Source: the human T2T-CHM13v2.0 reference genome, Homo sapiens
Assembly (NCBI RefSeq): GCF_009914755.1
Contig: NC_060934.1
Reading direction: 5' to 3' (one strand)
Length of the DNA: 64,000 bases
Numbering within the stretch: the first letter of the stretch is position 1; every line of letters starts with the position of its first letter. Of this stretch, positions 35,583 to 49,667 are shown piece by piece. Made by a program: the position numbers and the translations under genes. The notes under the pieces were generated by a model. The model saw only the letters and a program-made list of their open reading frames with translations. It did no database searches and was not told the DNA's origin.

Positions 35583-37804
35583 TCTATTAGTCCATTCTTA
35601 CACTGCTATGAAGAAATACTTGTGACTGGGTAATTTATAAAGGAAAGAGGTTCAATTAACTCACAGTTCCACATGGCTGGAGAGGCCTCAGAAAACTTGC
35701 AATCATGGTGGAAGGCAAAGGGGAAGCCAGGCACTTCTTCACAAGTCAGCAGGAAGGAGAAGTGCTGAGTGAAGGAAGAAGAGCTCCTTAAGAAACCATG
35801 AGATTTCATGAGAAGTCATGAACTATCACAAGAACAGTGTGGGGAAAACCACCCCCATGCTTCAATTATCTCCACTTGGTCCCTCCCTTGAAATATGGGG
35901 ATTATGGAGATTACATTTCAAGATGAGATTTGGGTGAGAACACAAAGCCTACCCATATCATTCTGCCTCTGGCCCCTCCCAAATGTCATGCCCCTTTCAC
36001 ATTTCAAAACCAATTATGCCTTCCCAACACTCCCCCAAAGTAGTCGCATCTGAAACAAGGCAAGTTTCTTCTGCCTAAAAGCCTGTAAAATCAAAAGCAA
36101 ATTAGTTGCTTCCTAGATACAATGGGGTTACAGGCACTGGGTTAATACGCCCATTCCACATGGGAGAAAATAAAGGGGCTACAGGACCCATGCAAGTGCG
36201 AAATCCAGCAGGGCAGTCAAATCTTAAAGTTCTGAAATGATCTCCTTTGACTCCATGTCACCAGGTCATGCTGATGAAAGAAGTGGGTCCCAGTGGTCTT
36301 GGGAAGCTCCACTCCTGTGTCTTTGCAGGGTACAGCCTGCCTCCTAGCCATTTTCATGGGCTGGCATTGTCTGTGGCTTTTCCAGCTGTGCAGTGCAAGC
36401 TGTTGGTGGATCTACCATTCTGGGGTCTGGAGGACAGTGGCCCTCTTCACACAACTCCACTAGGCAGTGCCCCAGTGGGGACTCTGTTTGGAGGCCCTGA
36501 CCCCACATTTTCCTTCCTCACTGCCCTAGCAGTGGTTCTCCATGAGGGCTCCACCCCTGCAGCAAACTTCTGCCTGGGCATCCAAGCATTTAAATACATC
36601 CTCCGAAATCTAGGCAGAGGTTCCGAAACCTCATTTCTTAACTTCTGGGAACCTAAAGGCTCAACACTACATAGAAGCTGCCAAGACTTGGGGCTTGCAC
36701 TCTCTGAAGCAATGGTCCAAGCTGTACCTTGCCCCCTTTTATCCATGGCTGGAGCTGAAGCAACTGGGGCAGGGCACCATGTCCTGAGGCTGCATAGAGC
36801 CAGCGGGCCCTGGGCCCATCTCATGAAGTCAGTTTTCCCGTCTAAGCCTCCAGACCTGTGATTGGAGGGGCTGCTGTGAAGGTCTCTGAGGTGCTCTGGA
36901 GACATTTTCCTAATTGTCTTGGTGATTAACATTCAGCTCCTGTTACTTATGCAAATTTCTGCAGCAGGCTTGAATTTCTCCTCAGAAAATGGGTTTTTCT
37001 TTTTTACTGTATTGTCAGGCTGCAAATTTTCCAAACTTTTATGCTCTGTTTCCTCTTGAATGCTTTGCTGCTTAGAAATTTCTTCCACCAGATACTCTAA
37101 ACCATCTCTCTCATGTTTAAAGTTCCACATATCTCTAAGGCAGGGGAAAATTGCTGCCAGTCTCTTTGCTAAAGCAAAGTCACCTCTGCTCTAGTTCCCA
37201 AGAAGTACCTCATCTCCATTTGAGACCACCTCAGCCTGGACTTCATTGTCCATATAACTATCAGCATTTTTGTCAAAACCATTCAACAAGTGTCTAGGAA
37301 GTTCCACACTTTCCCACATCTTCCTGTCTTCTTCTGAGCCTTCCAAACTGTTTCACCCAGTTCCAAAGCCACTTCCACATTTTTGGGTATCTTTACAGCA
37401 GCACCCCACTGCTGATAACAATTTACTGTATTAGTTTATTCTCACACTGCTATGAAGAAATCCCCAAGACTGGGTAATTTATAAATGAAAGAGGCTTAAT
37501 TGACTCACAGTTCCATATGGCTGGGGAGGTCTCAGGAAATTTACAGTCATGACAGAAGGTAAAGGGAAAGCAAGGCACCTTCTTCACAAAATGGCAGGAA
37601 GGAGAAGTGCTGAGTGAAGGGGGGAAAACCCCTTATAAAACCATCAGATCTCATGAGAACTCACCAACTATCATGAGAACATACGGGGGAAACTGACCCC
37701 ATGATTCAATTATCTCCACCTGGTCTCTCCATGGACAGGAGGGGATTATGGGGATTTCAATTCAAGATGAGATTTGGGCATGGACACAAAGCCTAACCAC
37801 ATCA
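35583..37804 (-). mobile_element. Complete THE1D-like MaLR element: LTR (37427-37804), internal region, LTR (35583-35960)
   Basis: Two direct LTRs (T[G/C]TATTAG...ATCA); internal MaLR ORF remnants (36933-37130 MWNFKHERDGLEYLVEEISKQQSIQE; 36447-36932); perfect TSD GTCAC at 35578-35582 and 37805-37809. Confidence 0.93.
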
Positions 37805-38729
37805 GTCACCTTCTATTTATCTCCAATTCCCTGTTTACATACGGATCTGATTCATTTACAGGCATATGACATATACATGAATATTTTTATCACCTTCTGC
37901 TATTTTTAGCTTTATGATCTACATGATGGAAAAGTACAAGAGATTTTTTCTTTTTTTAATCAAATTATTCAGGGATTTTGTCCAGGATGAGTGCTTCTCA
38001 ATGTATGTTCATTGCTCTGAATATTTAGAGGCAAGAAGGTACTTCATTGGTTATTATATTAGATGAAAAAGATAATCACAAGGCAAGATTACAAGGTGAT
38101 CTATCAAAATCACCAAAACTTGATAGAGCTTCTAGCAATGCAGGAGACAGAAGCACATTTTTTTTAACTGCTGTGTCCAAGAGCATAGTTTATGCATCCA
38201 AATACAATTTCACAAAATAGTCATATGCAGGAAATGAGAGGAGAAAAAAATCTGAATAAAAAGAATACTGGTTGCAAAAGAGATCTCTGGAATGCAGCAT
38301 GCTCATAATGATGGCTATATGACAATTGCAGTCACTATAAAACGTTACAGCAGAAAACTGTTATTTTCAAAAAAAGCAAAATGCAGTGATTCAATATTGT
38401 GAAATATAGGAGTTGCTTTTAGCAGAGGGATAATTTTCTGCCTCTTCAGATCCTGGTGGTACAGTACAGGAAGAAAGCGTGTATGGATGCCATGCAACAG
38501 ATGTCAGTGCAAACATACTGAGATGAGAGAGAGAGCCAGTTTAATTAATCCTAGAAAAATTCCCTGAACAGATACTTAATATAGTTTTGTTCTGTATATC
38601 TTTATCAATGTATGAAAAGGTATGATAATAATTTGGATAAAGTAGGCTTACCATCTTGAAAGTAGTGTGAAACTGCTATCATTTCATTCAGTTTAATTAA
38701 CCCAATGCTATAACAGGGCAGTTGAGTTT

Positions 38730-38920
38730 GCTAGAACAGAAACAGTGGAGTCAGACAGGTCTAAGTTCTACTCTTGAATGGAGAACATTGTTCATTGCTT
38801 GATTCTTCAGTATTTCAATCAGTAGAGCACAATAGGGTTGTTGTGAGAATTAGAAGATAAAATATGTTTAAAAAATGGTTAATATATTGCCTCCCACATA
38901 ACAGAACTCAAGGAAATTGA
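38730..38920 (+). mobile_element. MIR fragment
   Basis: GGAGTCAGACAGGTCTAAGTTC...ATAGGGTTGTTGTGAGAATTA. Confidence 0.55.
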
Positions 38921-39993
38921 GAAATTATAATCAGTTGTATTTTTATTGGCTTCCCTATCATTTCCCTTTTTTTCTTTATTGCTTTCATTTTTTTTTTAAG
39001 TAAGAGGATATTTTGCTTACAAATTATCAGTTGCCTTTATTTATGGCAGGTAAAACATTAAATCTCCTTTGGAAGAATGCAAGTTGAGAAATATTTATTA
39101 GTTATGCCAATGCATTCTGCAGAAAGAATGCAACTGTGTATTTCTTTGGCCTAACAGAGATTGTTTCTCTCTCCCTGTGACCTTTGCAGGGTTCAGATCT
39201 GAAATCAGTGAGAAAAAAGTGAACAAATTTGTAGTAGAATTAGGGGACCCTCTGTGAAAAAAACACTCTTGACACTTTTATTTAGAAGAATAAGCTTCAA
39301 CAAAAAAGCTGTAACTTTGCAAAATTCCTCTACGTAAATATAAGGAAAGAATGGTTGATTTGAATCACAAAAAGAGTGGTCTCCTTTTCTTTCCAGCAAT
39401 GATAGCAGCAATTGCAATCGGGAACGGGAAAGTTTTTTGGTTCTTCCTTGATGAGGCCTTTGTGTCCATGACTTGCCTCTTGCACTGAGTTATTATGTGG
39501 GCATCCAGAACTACCCAGGTATGTAGAGGGAAAGGGGGAGAGAAATAAGAAGGAATTTTTAAATGGTGTATTGGAGGATTATATTTATACTGACAAATAT
39601 TAAAAGAGATGTGATCTTATCTTGAATCCTCATAGTAAATCAGAATATATACAGACATATACAAACAAACACATACATATTTCATGCATATTCATATGTA
39701 AGTTATTACATCATGATTATTGTTACTACTATTATACCTGTAATTTTGGGGCACAAATCCAGATATTATGGAGTATGCCAAAATGAAATAGATGTATCCT
39801 AAACACAAGGAGTTTATGGTGAATTAGGTGAAATAGACATGTTTACAAATGACTTAGTATTTGTGTTGAAGCTATTGAGTGAGGCTGTGGAAAATACCAG
39901 TATTTCTACAAACGGAAATAGTTGAGAAGGCATTCTTAGTGGGCAGTATAGGATTATCTTAGGCAGAATGGGAAGTTCAAAAATCAGCTGGGA

Positions 39994-42900
39994 TCATGGT
40001 GGACAGGAGGCAGGACTAGATTGCAGCTCTCACTTGGATGGACAGAGCAGTGTGTGGAGGCTTGCACTGTGAACTTTTTGCTCCAGAATGACTCAGGAAT
40101 AAGTCAGGAAAGCTGAGAGGACCCAGAGACGCTCTGAAGGAAGCAGATTGCTCCTGCAGGACCTGGGAGACACCCCAAATACTGGGTCCTTGGGGAAGGC
40201 TGCCAGAGTCACTGGGAAAAGGCCACAGGGAGAAGGGACCTTTGTAACAATTTGAATTGATCAAGAAGTCTCCTGGTCAGAACTTGGGGGAGGGTGTGAA
40301 TTGGGTGTGCAGACTCCACAGGCAGGGGAGGTACAAAAGCCCTATTGTTTTTGCAGCTGGGAGGCAGGTAGCCTGGGGCAAGTTTTCAGCCCTGCCTGCC
40401 TACTGCCTGGAAATAGACTCAATGCTGTTGATGGGGTGCACAGTGGGAGTGAGACTGGACTTTTGGATTGCATGTGAACCGGGTGAGGCCTGTGACTGCC
40501 GGCTTTCCCTCACTTCCCTGACAATCTGCATGACACAGTAAAGGCAGCCATAATCCTCCTAGGAACATAACTCTATTGACCCAGAAACCACACTCGTATC
40601 CCCCACAGCAGCCACAGCAAGACCTGCCCAAGGAGAGTCTGAGCTCAGACATGCCTAGCCCTACCCCCACCTAATGGTCCATTCCTACCCACCCTGGTAG
40701 CTGAAGGCAAAGGACATATACTGTTGGGAGTTTTAGGGCCCTGCCCACCACCTGATCCTCTCTGTACTTCCACAGCTGATATGCTCTTGAAAGTGCCACC
40801 TCCTAGAAGGAGGCTAACCAGTAAAAAAATAGTGCATTAAACAACAAAAGCTAAGAACCCTCATGGAGTCCATTTCACCCTCTTGCCAGTTCCACTGGAG
40901 CAGGTGCTGATATCCATGGCTGAGAGACCCACAGACAGTTTACATCACAGGACTCTGCAGACAACTCCCAGTACCAGCCTATAGCCTGATAGACTTGCTG
41001 GGTGGCTAGATCCAGGAAAGAGATAACAATCACCATAGCTTGGCTCTCAGGAAGCTACATCCCTAGGAAAAGGGAGAGAGTACTACATCAAGGGAACACC
41101 CTGCGGGACAAAAAAATCTGAACAACAGCCTTGAGCACTAGACCTTCCTTCTGACAGAGACTACCGCAATGGGAAGGAACCAGAAAACCAACTCTGTTAA
41201 TATAACCGAACAAGGTTCTTTAATGCCCCCAGAAAATCACACCAACTCACCAGCAATGGATCCAAACCAAAAAGAAATCCCTGATTTACCTGAAAAAGAA
41301 TTCAGAAGGTCAGTTATTAAGCTCATCAGGGAGGCATCAGAGAAAGGCAAGCCCAATTTAAGGAAGTCAAAAAAATGACCAAAGAAATGAGGGGAGAAAT
41401 TTTCAATGAAATAAATAGCATAAATAAACAATTTAAAAACTTCAGGAAACAATGGACACACTTATAGAAATGCAAAACGTCTGGTAAGTCTCAGCAATAG
41501 AAAAAAATAAGCAGAAGAAAGAAATTCAGAGCTCGAAGACAAGGTTTTCAAATTAACCCAATTCAACAAAGACAAAGATAAGAGAACAAAAAAAATGAAC
41601 AAAGCCTCCAAGAAGTCTGGGATTATGTTAAACGACCATACCTAAGAATAATTTGTGTTCCTGAGGAAGAAGAGAAATCTAAAAGTTTGGAAAACATATT
41701 TGGGGGAATAATCGAGAAAAACTTCCTCAGCCTTGCTAGAGACCTAGACAGAAGCTCAAAGAACCCCTGGGAAATTCATTGCAAAAAGAAAATCACCTAG
41801 GCACATAGTCTTCAGGTTATCTAAAGTTCAGACAAAGGGAAGACTCTTAAGAGCTGTGAGGCAAAAGCACCAGGTAACCTATAGAGGAAACCTATCAGAT
41901 TAACAGCAGATTTCTCAGCAGAAACCCTGCAAGCTAGAAGGGATTGGAGCCCTATCTTCAGCCTCTTTAAACAAAAGAATTATTGCCAAGAATTTTGTAT
42001 CCAGTGAAACTAAGCTGGATAAAGGAAGGAAAGATACAGTCTTTTTTAGACAAACAAATGCTGAGAGAATTCACCACTACCAAGCCAACACTACAAGCAC
42101 TGCTAAAAGGAGCTCTAAATCTTGAAACAAATTCTGGAAACGTGTCAGAACAGAACCTCTTTAAAGAATAAATCTCACAGGACCTATACAACAAAAATAC
42201 AATTAAAAAAAAGAAAGGTATACAGGCAACAAATAGCATGATGAATGGAATGATCTCAATACTAACATTGAATGTAAATGGCCTAAATGCTCCACTTAGA
42301 AGATACTGAATTGCAGAATGGATAAGAATTCACCAACCAACTATCTGCTGTCTTCAAGAGACTCACCTATCACATAAGGACTTACAGAAACTTAAGGTAA
42401 TGGGGTGGAAAAAGACATTCAATGCAAATGAACACCAAAAGCAAACAGGAGTAGCTATTCTTATATCAGACAAAACTTTAAAGCAACAGCAGTTTTAAAA
42501 AAGAAAAACAGGGACATCATATAATGATAAAAGGACTTGTACAACAGGAAAATATCACAATCCTAAATATATATGCAACTAACACTGGAGCTACCAAATT
42601 TATAAAATAATTACTAATAGACCTAAGAATTGAGATAGACAGCAACATAATAATAGTGAGGGACTTCAATACTCTACTGACGGCACTAGACAGGTCACCA
42701 AGACAGCAAGTCAACAAAGAAACAATGGATTTAAACTATACCCTGGGCCAGCTGTGGTGGCTCATGCCTGTAATCCCAGCACTTTGGAAAGCAGAGGCAA
42801 GTGGATCACCTGAGGTCAGGAGTTCAAGACCAGACTGGCTAACATGGTGAAACCCCATCACTACTAAAAATGCAAAAATTAGTGGGATGTGGTGGCAGGC

Positions 42901-45900
42901 ACCTGTAATCCTGGCTACTCAGGAAGCTGAGGCAGGAGAATGGCTTGAACCTGGGAGGCAGAGATTGCAGTGAGCTGAGGTTGCACCACTGCACTCCAGC
43001 ATGAGCAACAGAGTGAGACTCTATCTCGAAGCAAACAGACAAACGCCTATACCCTGGAACAAATGGATTTAACAGATATTGATATTTACAGAACATTCTA
43101 CCTAACAACTGCAGAATATACATTTTATTTATCAGTGAAAGGAACTTTCTCCAAGATAGATAATATGATAGGCTACAAAACAAGCCTCAATAAATTTAAG
43201 AATATTGAAATTATATCAAGCATTGTCTCAGACCACAGTGGAATAAAATTGGAAATCAACTCCAAAAGGAACCTTCAATACCATGCAAATACATGGACAT
43301 TAAATAAACTGCTCCTCAGTGATCATTGAGTCAAAAATGAAATCATGATGGACATTAAAAATTTTTTCAAACTGAAGGACAATAGTTACACAACCTATCA
43401 AAACCTCTGGGATACAGTAAAGATGATGCAAAAAGGAAAGTTCATAGCCCTAAAGTCCTATGTCAAAAAGTCTGGAAGAGCACAAACAAACAATCTAAGG
43501 TCACATCTCAAGGAACTAGAGGAACAAGAAGAAATGAGACCCAAATCCAGCAGAAGAAAAGAAATAACTAACACCACAGCAGAACTAAATGAAATTGAAA
43601 CAAACAAAAAAAGATAAATGAAACAAAAAGCTGATTTTTTGAGAGGATAAATAAAATTGATAGACCATTAGCAAGATTAACCAAGAGGAGAGAAAATCCA
43701 AATAAGCTCAATTAGAAACAAAATAGGAGATATTACATCTGACACCACAGAAATACAAAGGATCATTGAAGGTTACTATGAACACATTTACACACATAAA
43801 CTAGAAAGCTTAGAGGAGATGGATAAATTCCTGGAAAGATACAACCCTCCTAGCTTAAATCAGGAAGAATTAGATACCCTGAACAGACCAATAACAAGCA
43901 GCGAGATTGAAATGGTAATAAAATATTACCAACAACAAAAAAGTCCAGGACCAGAAGAATTCACAGCAGAATTCTACCAGACATTCAAAGAATTGCTACC
44001 ATTCCTATTGACACTATTCCACAAGATAGAGAAAGAGGCAATCCTCCCTAAATCATTCTGTGAAGCCAGTATCACCCTAATACCAAAACCAGGAAGAACA
44101 TAAACAAAAAAGAAAACTACAGACCAATATCCCTGATGAACCTAGATGCAAAAATTCTTAATACCAGCTAACCAAATCTAACAACATATCAAAAAGATAA
44201 TCCACTATGATCAAGTGGGTTTCATACCAGGGATGCAGGGATGGTATAACATACACAAGTCAATAAATGTAATAAACCACATAAATAGAATTAAAAACAA
44301 AAATTACATGATAATCTCAATAGATGCAGAAAAAGCATTCAACAAAATCCAGCATTCCTTTAAAACTCTCAGCAAAATTGGCATACAAGGGACATACCTC
44401 AATGTAATAAAAGTCATCTATGACAGACCCACAGCCAACATTATACTGAATGGGGAAAAGGTGAAAGCATTCCCTCTGAGAACTGGAACAAGACAAAGAT
44501 GCCCACTCTGACCAGTTCTCTTCAACATAGTACTGGAAGTTCTAGCCAGAGGAATCAGACAAGAGAAAGAAAGAAAGGGCATCCAAATTGGTAAAGAGGA
44601 AGTCAAATTATTGCTGTTTGCTGATGGTATGATTGTTTACCTAGAAAGGTCTAAAGACTCCTGCAGAAAGCTCCTAGAACTGATAAAATAATTCAGCAAA
44701 GTTACCTGATACAAAATTAATGTACACAGATCAGTAGCTCTTCTATACACCAACAGCGACCAAACTGAGAATCAAATCAAGAACTCAACCCTGTTTACAA
44801 TAGCTGCAAAAAATACAAAATAAAATAAAATATTTAGGAATATACCTAACCAAGGAAGTAAAAGACCTCTACAAGGAAAACTACAAAACACTGCTGAAGG
44901 AAATCATAGACAACACAAATGGAAACACATTCCATGCACATAGATGGGCAAAATCAATATTGTGAAAATGACAATAGTGCCAAAAATAATCTACAAATTC
45001 AGTGCAATTCCCATCAAAATACCACCATAATTCTTCACGGAACTAGAAAAAAAATCCTAAAATTCATATGGAACAAAAAAGGAGCTCGCATTGCCAAAGC
45101 AAGACTAAGCAAAAAGAACAAATCTGGAGGCATCACATTATCTGGTTTCAAACTATACTATAAGGCCATAGTCATCAAAACAGCATGGTTCTGGTATAAA
45201 AATAGGCACATAGAGTAATGGAACAGAATGGAGAACCCAGAAATAAAGCCAAATACTTATAGCCAACTGACCTTCAACAAAGCAAACAAAAACGTAAAGT
45301 GGGGAAAGGACGCCCTATTCAACAAATGGTGCTGTGATAATTAGCTAGCCACATGTAGAAGAATGAAACTGGATCCTACTCTCTCTCCATATGCAAAAAT
45401 TAACTCAAGATGGATGAAGGACTGAAACTACAAAAATTCTAGAAGATAACATTGGAAAAACCCTTTTGCACATTGGCTTGGGCAAGAATTTCATGACCAA
45501 GAACTCAAAACCAAATGCAATGGAAACAAAGATAAATATCTATCACTTATTTAAAGAGCTCTTGCACGACAAAAGGAACAGTCAGCAGAGTAAACAGACA
45601 ATCCACAGAGTGGGAGAAAATCTTCACATTCTATATATCTGACATTCTATATATCCAGAATCTACAATGAACTCAAACAAATTGGCAAGAAAAAAACAGT
45701 CTCATCAAAAGTGGGCTAAGGACATGAATAGACAATTCTCAAAAGAGGATATACAAAGGCCAATAAACATATGAAAAAATGCTTAACATCACTAGTGATC
45801 AGGGAAAGGCAAATCAAAACCACAATGCGCTGCAAGAATGGCCATAATAAAAAGATAATAAAATAATAGATGTTGGCGTGGATGCAGTGAACAGGGAACA

Positions 45901-46528
45901 CTTCTGTACTGCTGGTGGGAATGTAAACTAGTACAACCACTATGGAAAACAGTGTGGAGATTTTTTTTTAAAGAACTGAAAGTAAAACTACCATTTGATC
46001 CAGCCATTCCACTATTGGGTATCTATCCAGAGGAAAAGAAATCATTATATGAAAAAGATACTTGTGCATGCATGTTTATAGCAGCACAATTCGTAATTTT
46101 AAAAACGTGGAACCAACCCAAATGCTCATCAATGAATGAGTGGATAAATAAATTGTGGTATATATATACAATGAAATACTACTCAGCCATAAAAGGGAAT
46201 TAATTAATGGCATTCACGGCGACCTGGATAAGATTGGACACTATTATTCTAAGTGAAGTTTCAGGAATGGAAAACCAAACATTGTATGTTCTCACTCATA
46301 AGTGGTAGCTAAGCTATGAAAATGCAAAGGCATAAGAATAACACAATGGACTTTGGGGACTCAGGGGGAAAGGGTGGGAAAGGGGTGAAGGCTAAAAGAC
46401 TACAAATTGTGTGCAGTGTATACTGCTTAGGTGATGGGTGCACCAAAATCTCATAATCAGCACTAAGGAACTTACTCATGTAACCAAACACCACCTTTTC
46501 CCCAATAACCTATGGGAAAAAAATTTTT
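39994..46528 (+). mobile_element. Full-length LINE-1, L1PB1-like, defective, containing an Alu
   Basis: 5' end TCATGGTGGACAGGAGGCAGGACTAGATTGCAGC; ORF1 remnant from 41169 (MGRNQKTNS); ORF2 remnants ~42240-46203; L1PB1-type 3'UTR (GGTGATGGGTGCACCAAAATCTCA...CCCAATAACCTATGG); TSD AAATCAGCTGGGA (39981-39993) / AAATCAATTGGGA (46529-46541). Confidence 0.92.
42746..43045 (+). mobile_element. AluSx-like inserted in the L1PB1 endonuclease region
   Basis: TSD CTATACCCTG at 42736-42745 and 43047-43056. Confidence 0.93.
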
Positions 46529-47705
46529 AAATCAATTGGGAGAACAGTGAAGAGTTGGATGTGGCTGGTGCATGGGTGAATTCATCAGGGGTTAAGGCTG
46601 GCGAGATAATCTGTAGCCAGATCTTAGAGGGCTTTGGGCACTTGGGATTTTACTGTTGATGATAGTGTGTGAGCTGGGAGTGCCATGATCTGAACTGTGC
46701 CTTAGGACAGTTATTCTGTCAGTCAATGTGCAAGGACTGAAGAATAAGGGCAGGGGAGTGATTGACAGGAGTTTTAGCAGCCTTCAGTCTATGATTTGCC
46801 CAGTTCACATGTCTCCATAGTGCTTTAAAAAACTAGAACTCAAAATGTGTCTCTTTAGTATATAAAAGTATCATTATGTCCTGGGCTGTGCTAGAGTTTT
46901 AGGGCCTAGAATTCGATGACCTTGTTTAAACGTCAATGGGTATAGGGGAGGATACTGCTGGAGGGGAGTGTATAACTTCCTATTTCCCAGACATCATTTC
47001 AAGCTTATGGGTAAGGACTATGGATCATTTAGTTTGCAGGTCTCCTAACAAAGGAAACTGCTATCCAGAAATTAAATGAAGATATAAAAGCAGCTTTCTA
47101 ATTTTCACACTTGGCAGCCTAGCTATAGAATATGACTGATTTGATTTAAAATATTTAATTCATTTAATATAAAATCCATTGTGGTTAGAAATACAAAAAG
47201 AGGGGTTCTAGTGGAAGATTGAGATTTTAAGTACTACACTAAGAGCAGAAATTTAACTACCTTTCTGTTTTCCAATAAAATGAAACTTTTAATCCCATAA
47301 TAATGGTTTTTCTGTTCATTTAACTTTAAATATTTTCCATGCCATGGATATGGATCACTTTTATATCCCTTTGGGTTCCCAGACCTCTTACAGAGGCCAG
47401 AAATAAGCAGATGATAAAGGTTAGTTTTCAATGCCTTTTGAGTGGAATCTAAAGCGTCTCCTCCCAATATTATGGAGAGATTTGAGGGAATACTTTTCCT
47501 GTATCATCCACCAATGGTCATGATCACTCAGGGCCTCTAGGCCTTATCCCAGTCACTACATCATATAGTATGATAAAAACAACAGCTATACAGAAAAACT
47601 GCTCTTGATGGCTGAAGTCATGGCCACCAACGACACTGAATTTCCTTCAAGGTATAGGATGCAGTTAAAAGCCCCATTCACTGGTCATTACATCCTTATG
47701 ACATG

Positions 47706-47708
<3 letters not shown>

Positions 47709-47755
<47 letters not shown>

Positions 47756-47756
47756 T
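47709..47756. repeat. (TG)20 microsatellite with a short interrupted extension
   Basis: Directly visible. Confidence 0.97.
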
Positions 47757-47829
47757 AATCATATAGTATTAAATCCATTAAGTACTGTCAAAAGCTTAGA
47801 CATATAAGCTTTCAAATGTTCATTACTAA

Positions 47830-48371
47830 TGTATTAGTTAGCTACTGCTAAGTAATGAATTACCCTACCACTTAGAAGTTTCTAACAGCAGTAATTTATT
47901 ATTGATCACAAGTCATATAGTCAGCTCGGTGGTTTTACAGATTTGAGCTGGGCATGGCAGGGCTCTCTTATGGGTCTGTAGTAAACTGTGAGTTTGCTAG
48001 TTGGCTTTAGTGATCTTACTTAGCTGGGTTCTCTCACATGTATGGGGCCTCAGCCTGAGACATCTGTGCCAACTTGACCCTCCCACACAATGTCATATTC
48101 TAAGAAGCTAGGTCAAGAAAATTCTAATGGCAAAGGTAGAGGAGGAAAAGAGCATAGAAGCCCACAAGATCTCTTTAGGCTTAGCTTTGGAAAAGATACA
48201 TTATTCTTTCTGCACATTCTACTAGGCAAAGCAATTTAAAGGATAATCCACACTCAAGGAGAAAATAGACCACCCTTCAGGATGGGAGGAGTTGCAAAAG
48301 CACATTGCAAAGGATGTGCATACAGGACAGGCGGAAGGAATTGGTGTCATTCCTGCAATTAATCTACCACA
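47830..48371 (-). mobile_element. Old MaLR solo LTR (MLT1F/G-like)
   Basis: TGTATTAGTTAGCTACTGCT...GCAAAAGCACATTGCAAAGG...AATCTACCACA. Confidence 0.7.
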
Positions 48372-48562
48372 TCTAATCAAGAAAATTATGAAATCAAAGA
48401 TAACAAATGTTTATAAATGTCTACCAATCAAGTATCCTGTCCACTGTAGTACTACTACATTAAATATTAATAAAGCTCTCTTTGCATTTGAAACTATCTC
48501 ATGAGTTAGATATTTTCACAGTACAAAAATTTCTGGAAATAGATGATGCTTGTGAATTATAG

Positions 48563-49076
48563 TGTGGTTGCCATGAGAATATATCTTGTAAACTCTCATC
48601 TACAGTCAGTGTAGTTAACCAAAGCCTTCAGCTGCTGTGATTTGAAAGCATTTGCATTGAAGCCATGGATTGCTCCCAATCAATGACTGAGCAAGACAGA
48701 CAGAGAAAAGCAAACCTGTTTCTGGGAGATATGGCTGACTTTGTCTCAGGAACTCCCTAATAGCTTTGCCAAAATTTCCTTCCTCCATATCATAGTCTAG
48801 GAGGTTTCCACCCCCTTTCTCTCCCTCTCTTTTTCAGAGTCAGCCTTGCATCATGACCTGATGCCTCTCACCCTCTCCAGGTGACTGCTGCCTACCTCCC
48901 TTTTTCAGAGTCAGCCTTGCATCATGACCTGATGCCTCTCACCCTCTCCAGGTGACTGCTGCCTCCCTCCCTTTTTCATTTTTCTTCACACAGGTGTTTT
49001 CCCTAATAAATTCCTTGCCCACTTAATCCTGTCTTGACATCCACAATGGACTTCTCAGAGAACTTTCACTAAGGCA
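48563..49076 (+). mobile_element. LTR16-like ERVL solo LTR
   Basis: TGTGGTTGCCATGAG...TTCAGCTGCTGTG...CCCTAATAAATTCCTTGCCCACTTAATCCTGTCTTG. Confidence 0.6.
48830..48971 (+). repeat. 71-bp tandem duplication (2 copies, 1 mismatch)
   Basis: 48830-48900 repeats as 48901-48971. Confidence 0.97.
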
Positions 49077-49297
49077 CACCATAAATTCAGAAAATTGTAG
49101 TAAAGACTCGCAAGTTTTCTTCACAGGTCTGTGGAGAGATAGACATAGACATACCCATCTCTGTATGTGTCTCTGTCATTATATCTATCTCCTTATATCT
49201 ATCTGTATCTGGAATGGTAGGGTGTGTGAAATATACGTATGTTTCTTGTTCTGTTGGGTGTAATTTCTAAAAAAGAGTTATTAACACCTGTAAAGTC

Positions 49298-49667
49298 TGT
49301 ATTATTCAGTTTTCACACTGCTATAAAAAACTACCTGAGACTAGGTAATTTATAAAGAAAACAGGTTTAATTGACTCACAGTTCCACATGGCTGGCTGGG
49401 GAGGCCTCAGGAAACTTACAGTCATGGCGGAAAGTGAGAGAGAAGGAAGGCATGTCTTACATGACAGCAGGAGGAGAGAGAGAGGTGTAGGGGGAAACGC
49501 CAAACACTTTTAAAGCATCAGATCCCATGAGAACTCACTATCAGGAGAAGGGCATGGGGGAAACTAGCCCCATGATCCAATCATCTCCCAGCAGATCCCT
49601 CCCTTGACATGTGGGGATTACAATTTGAGATGAGATTAGGGTGGGGACACAGAGCCAAACCATATCA
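49298..49667 (-). mobile_element. MSTA/THE1-family solo LTR
   Basis: TGTATTATTCAGTTTTCACACTGCTATA...GACACAGAGCCAAACCATATCA. Confidence 0.88.

Noticed and set aside
36247-36861. 204-aa plus-strand ORF
   Set aside because: Antisense to the THE1 internal region, non-ATG start, no recognisable domain.
39165-39525. Possible plus-strand exon (CTTTGCAG acceptor ~39189, CAG|GTATGT donor ~39518)
   Set aside because: Motifs only, with no plus-strand ORF in the track and no partner exons.
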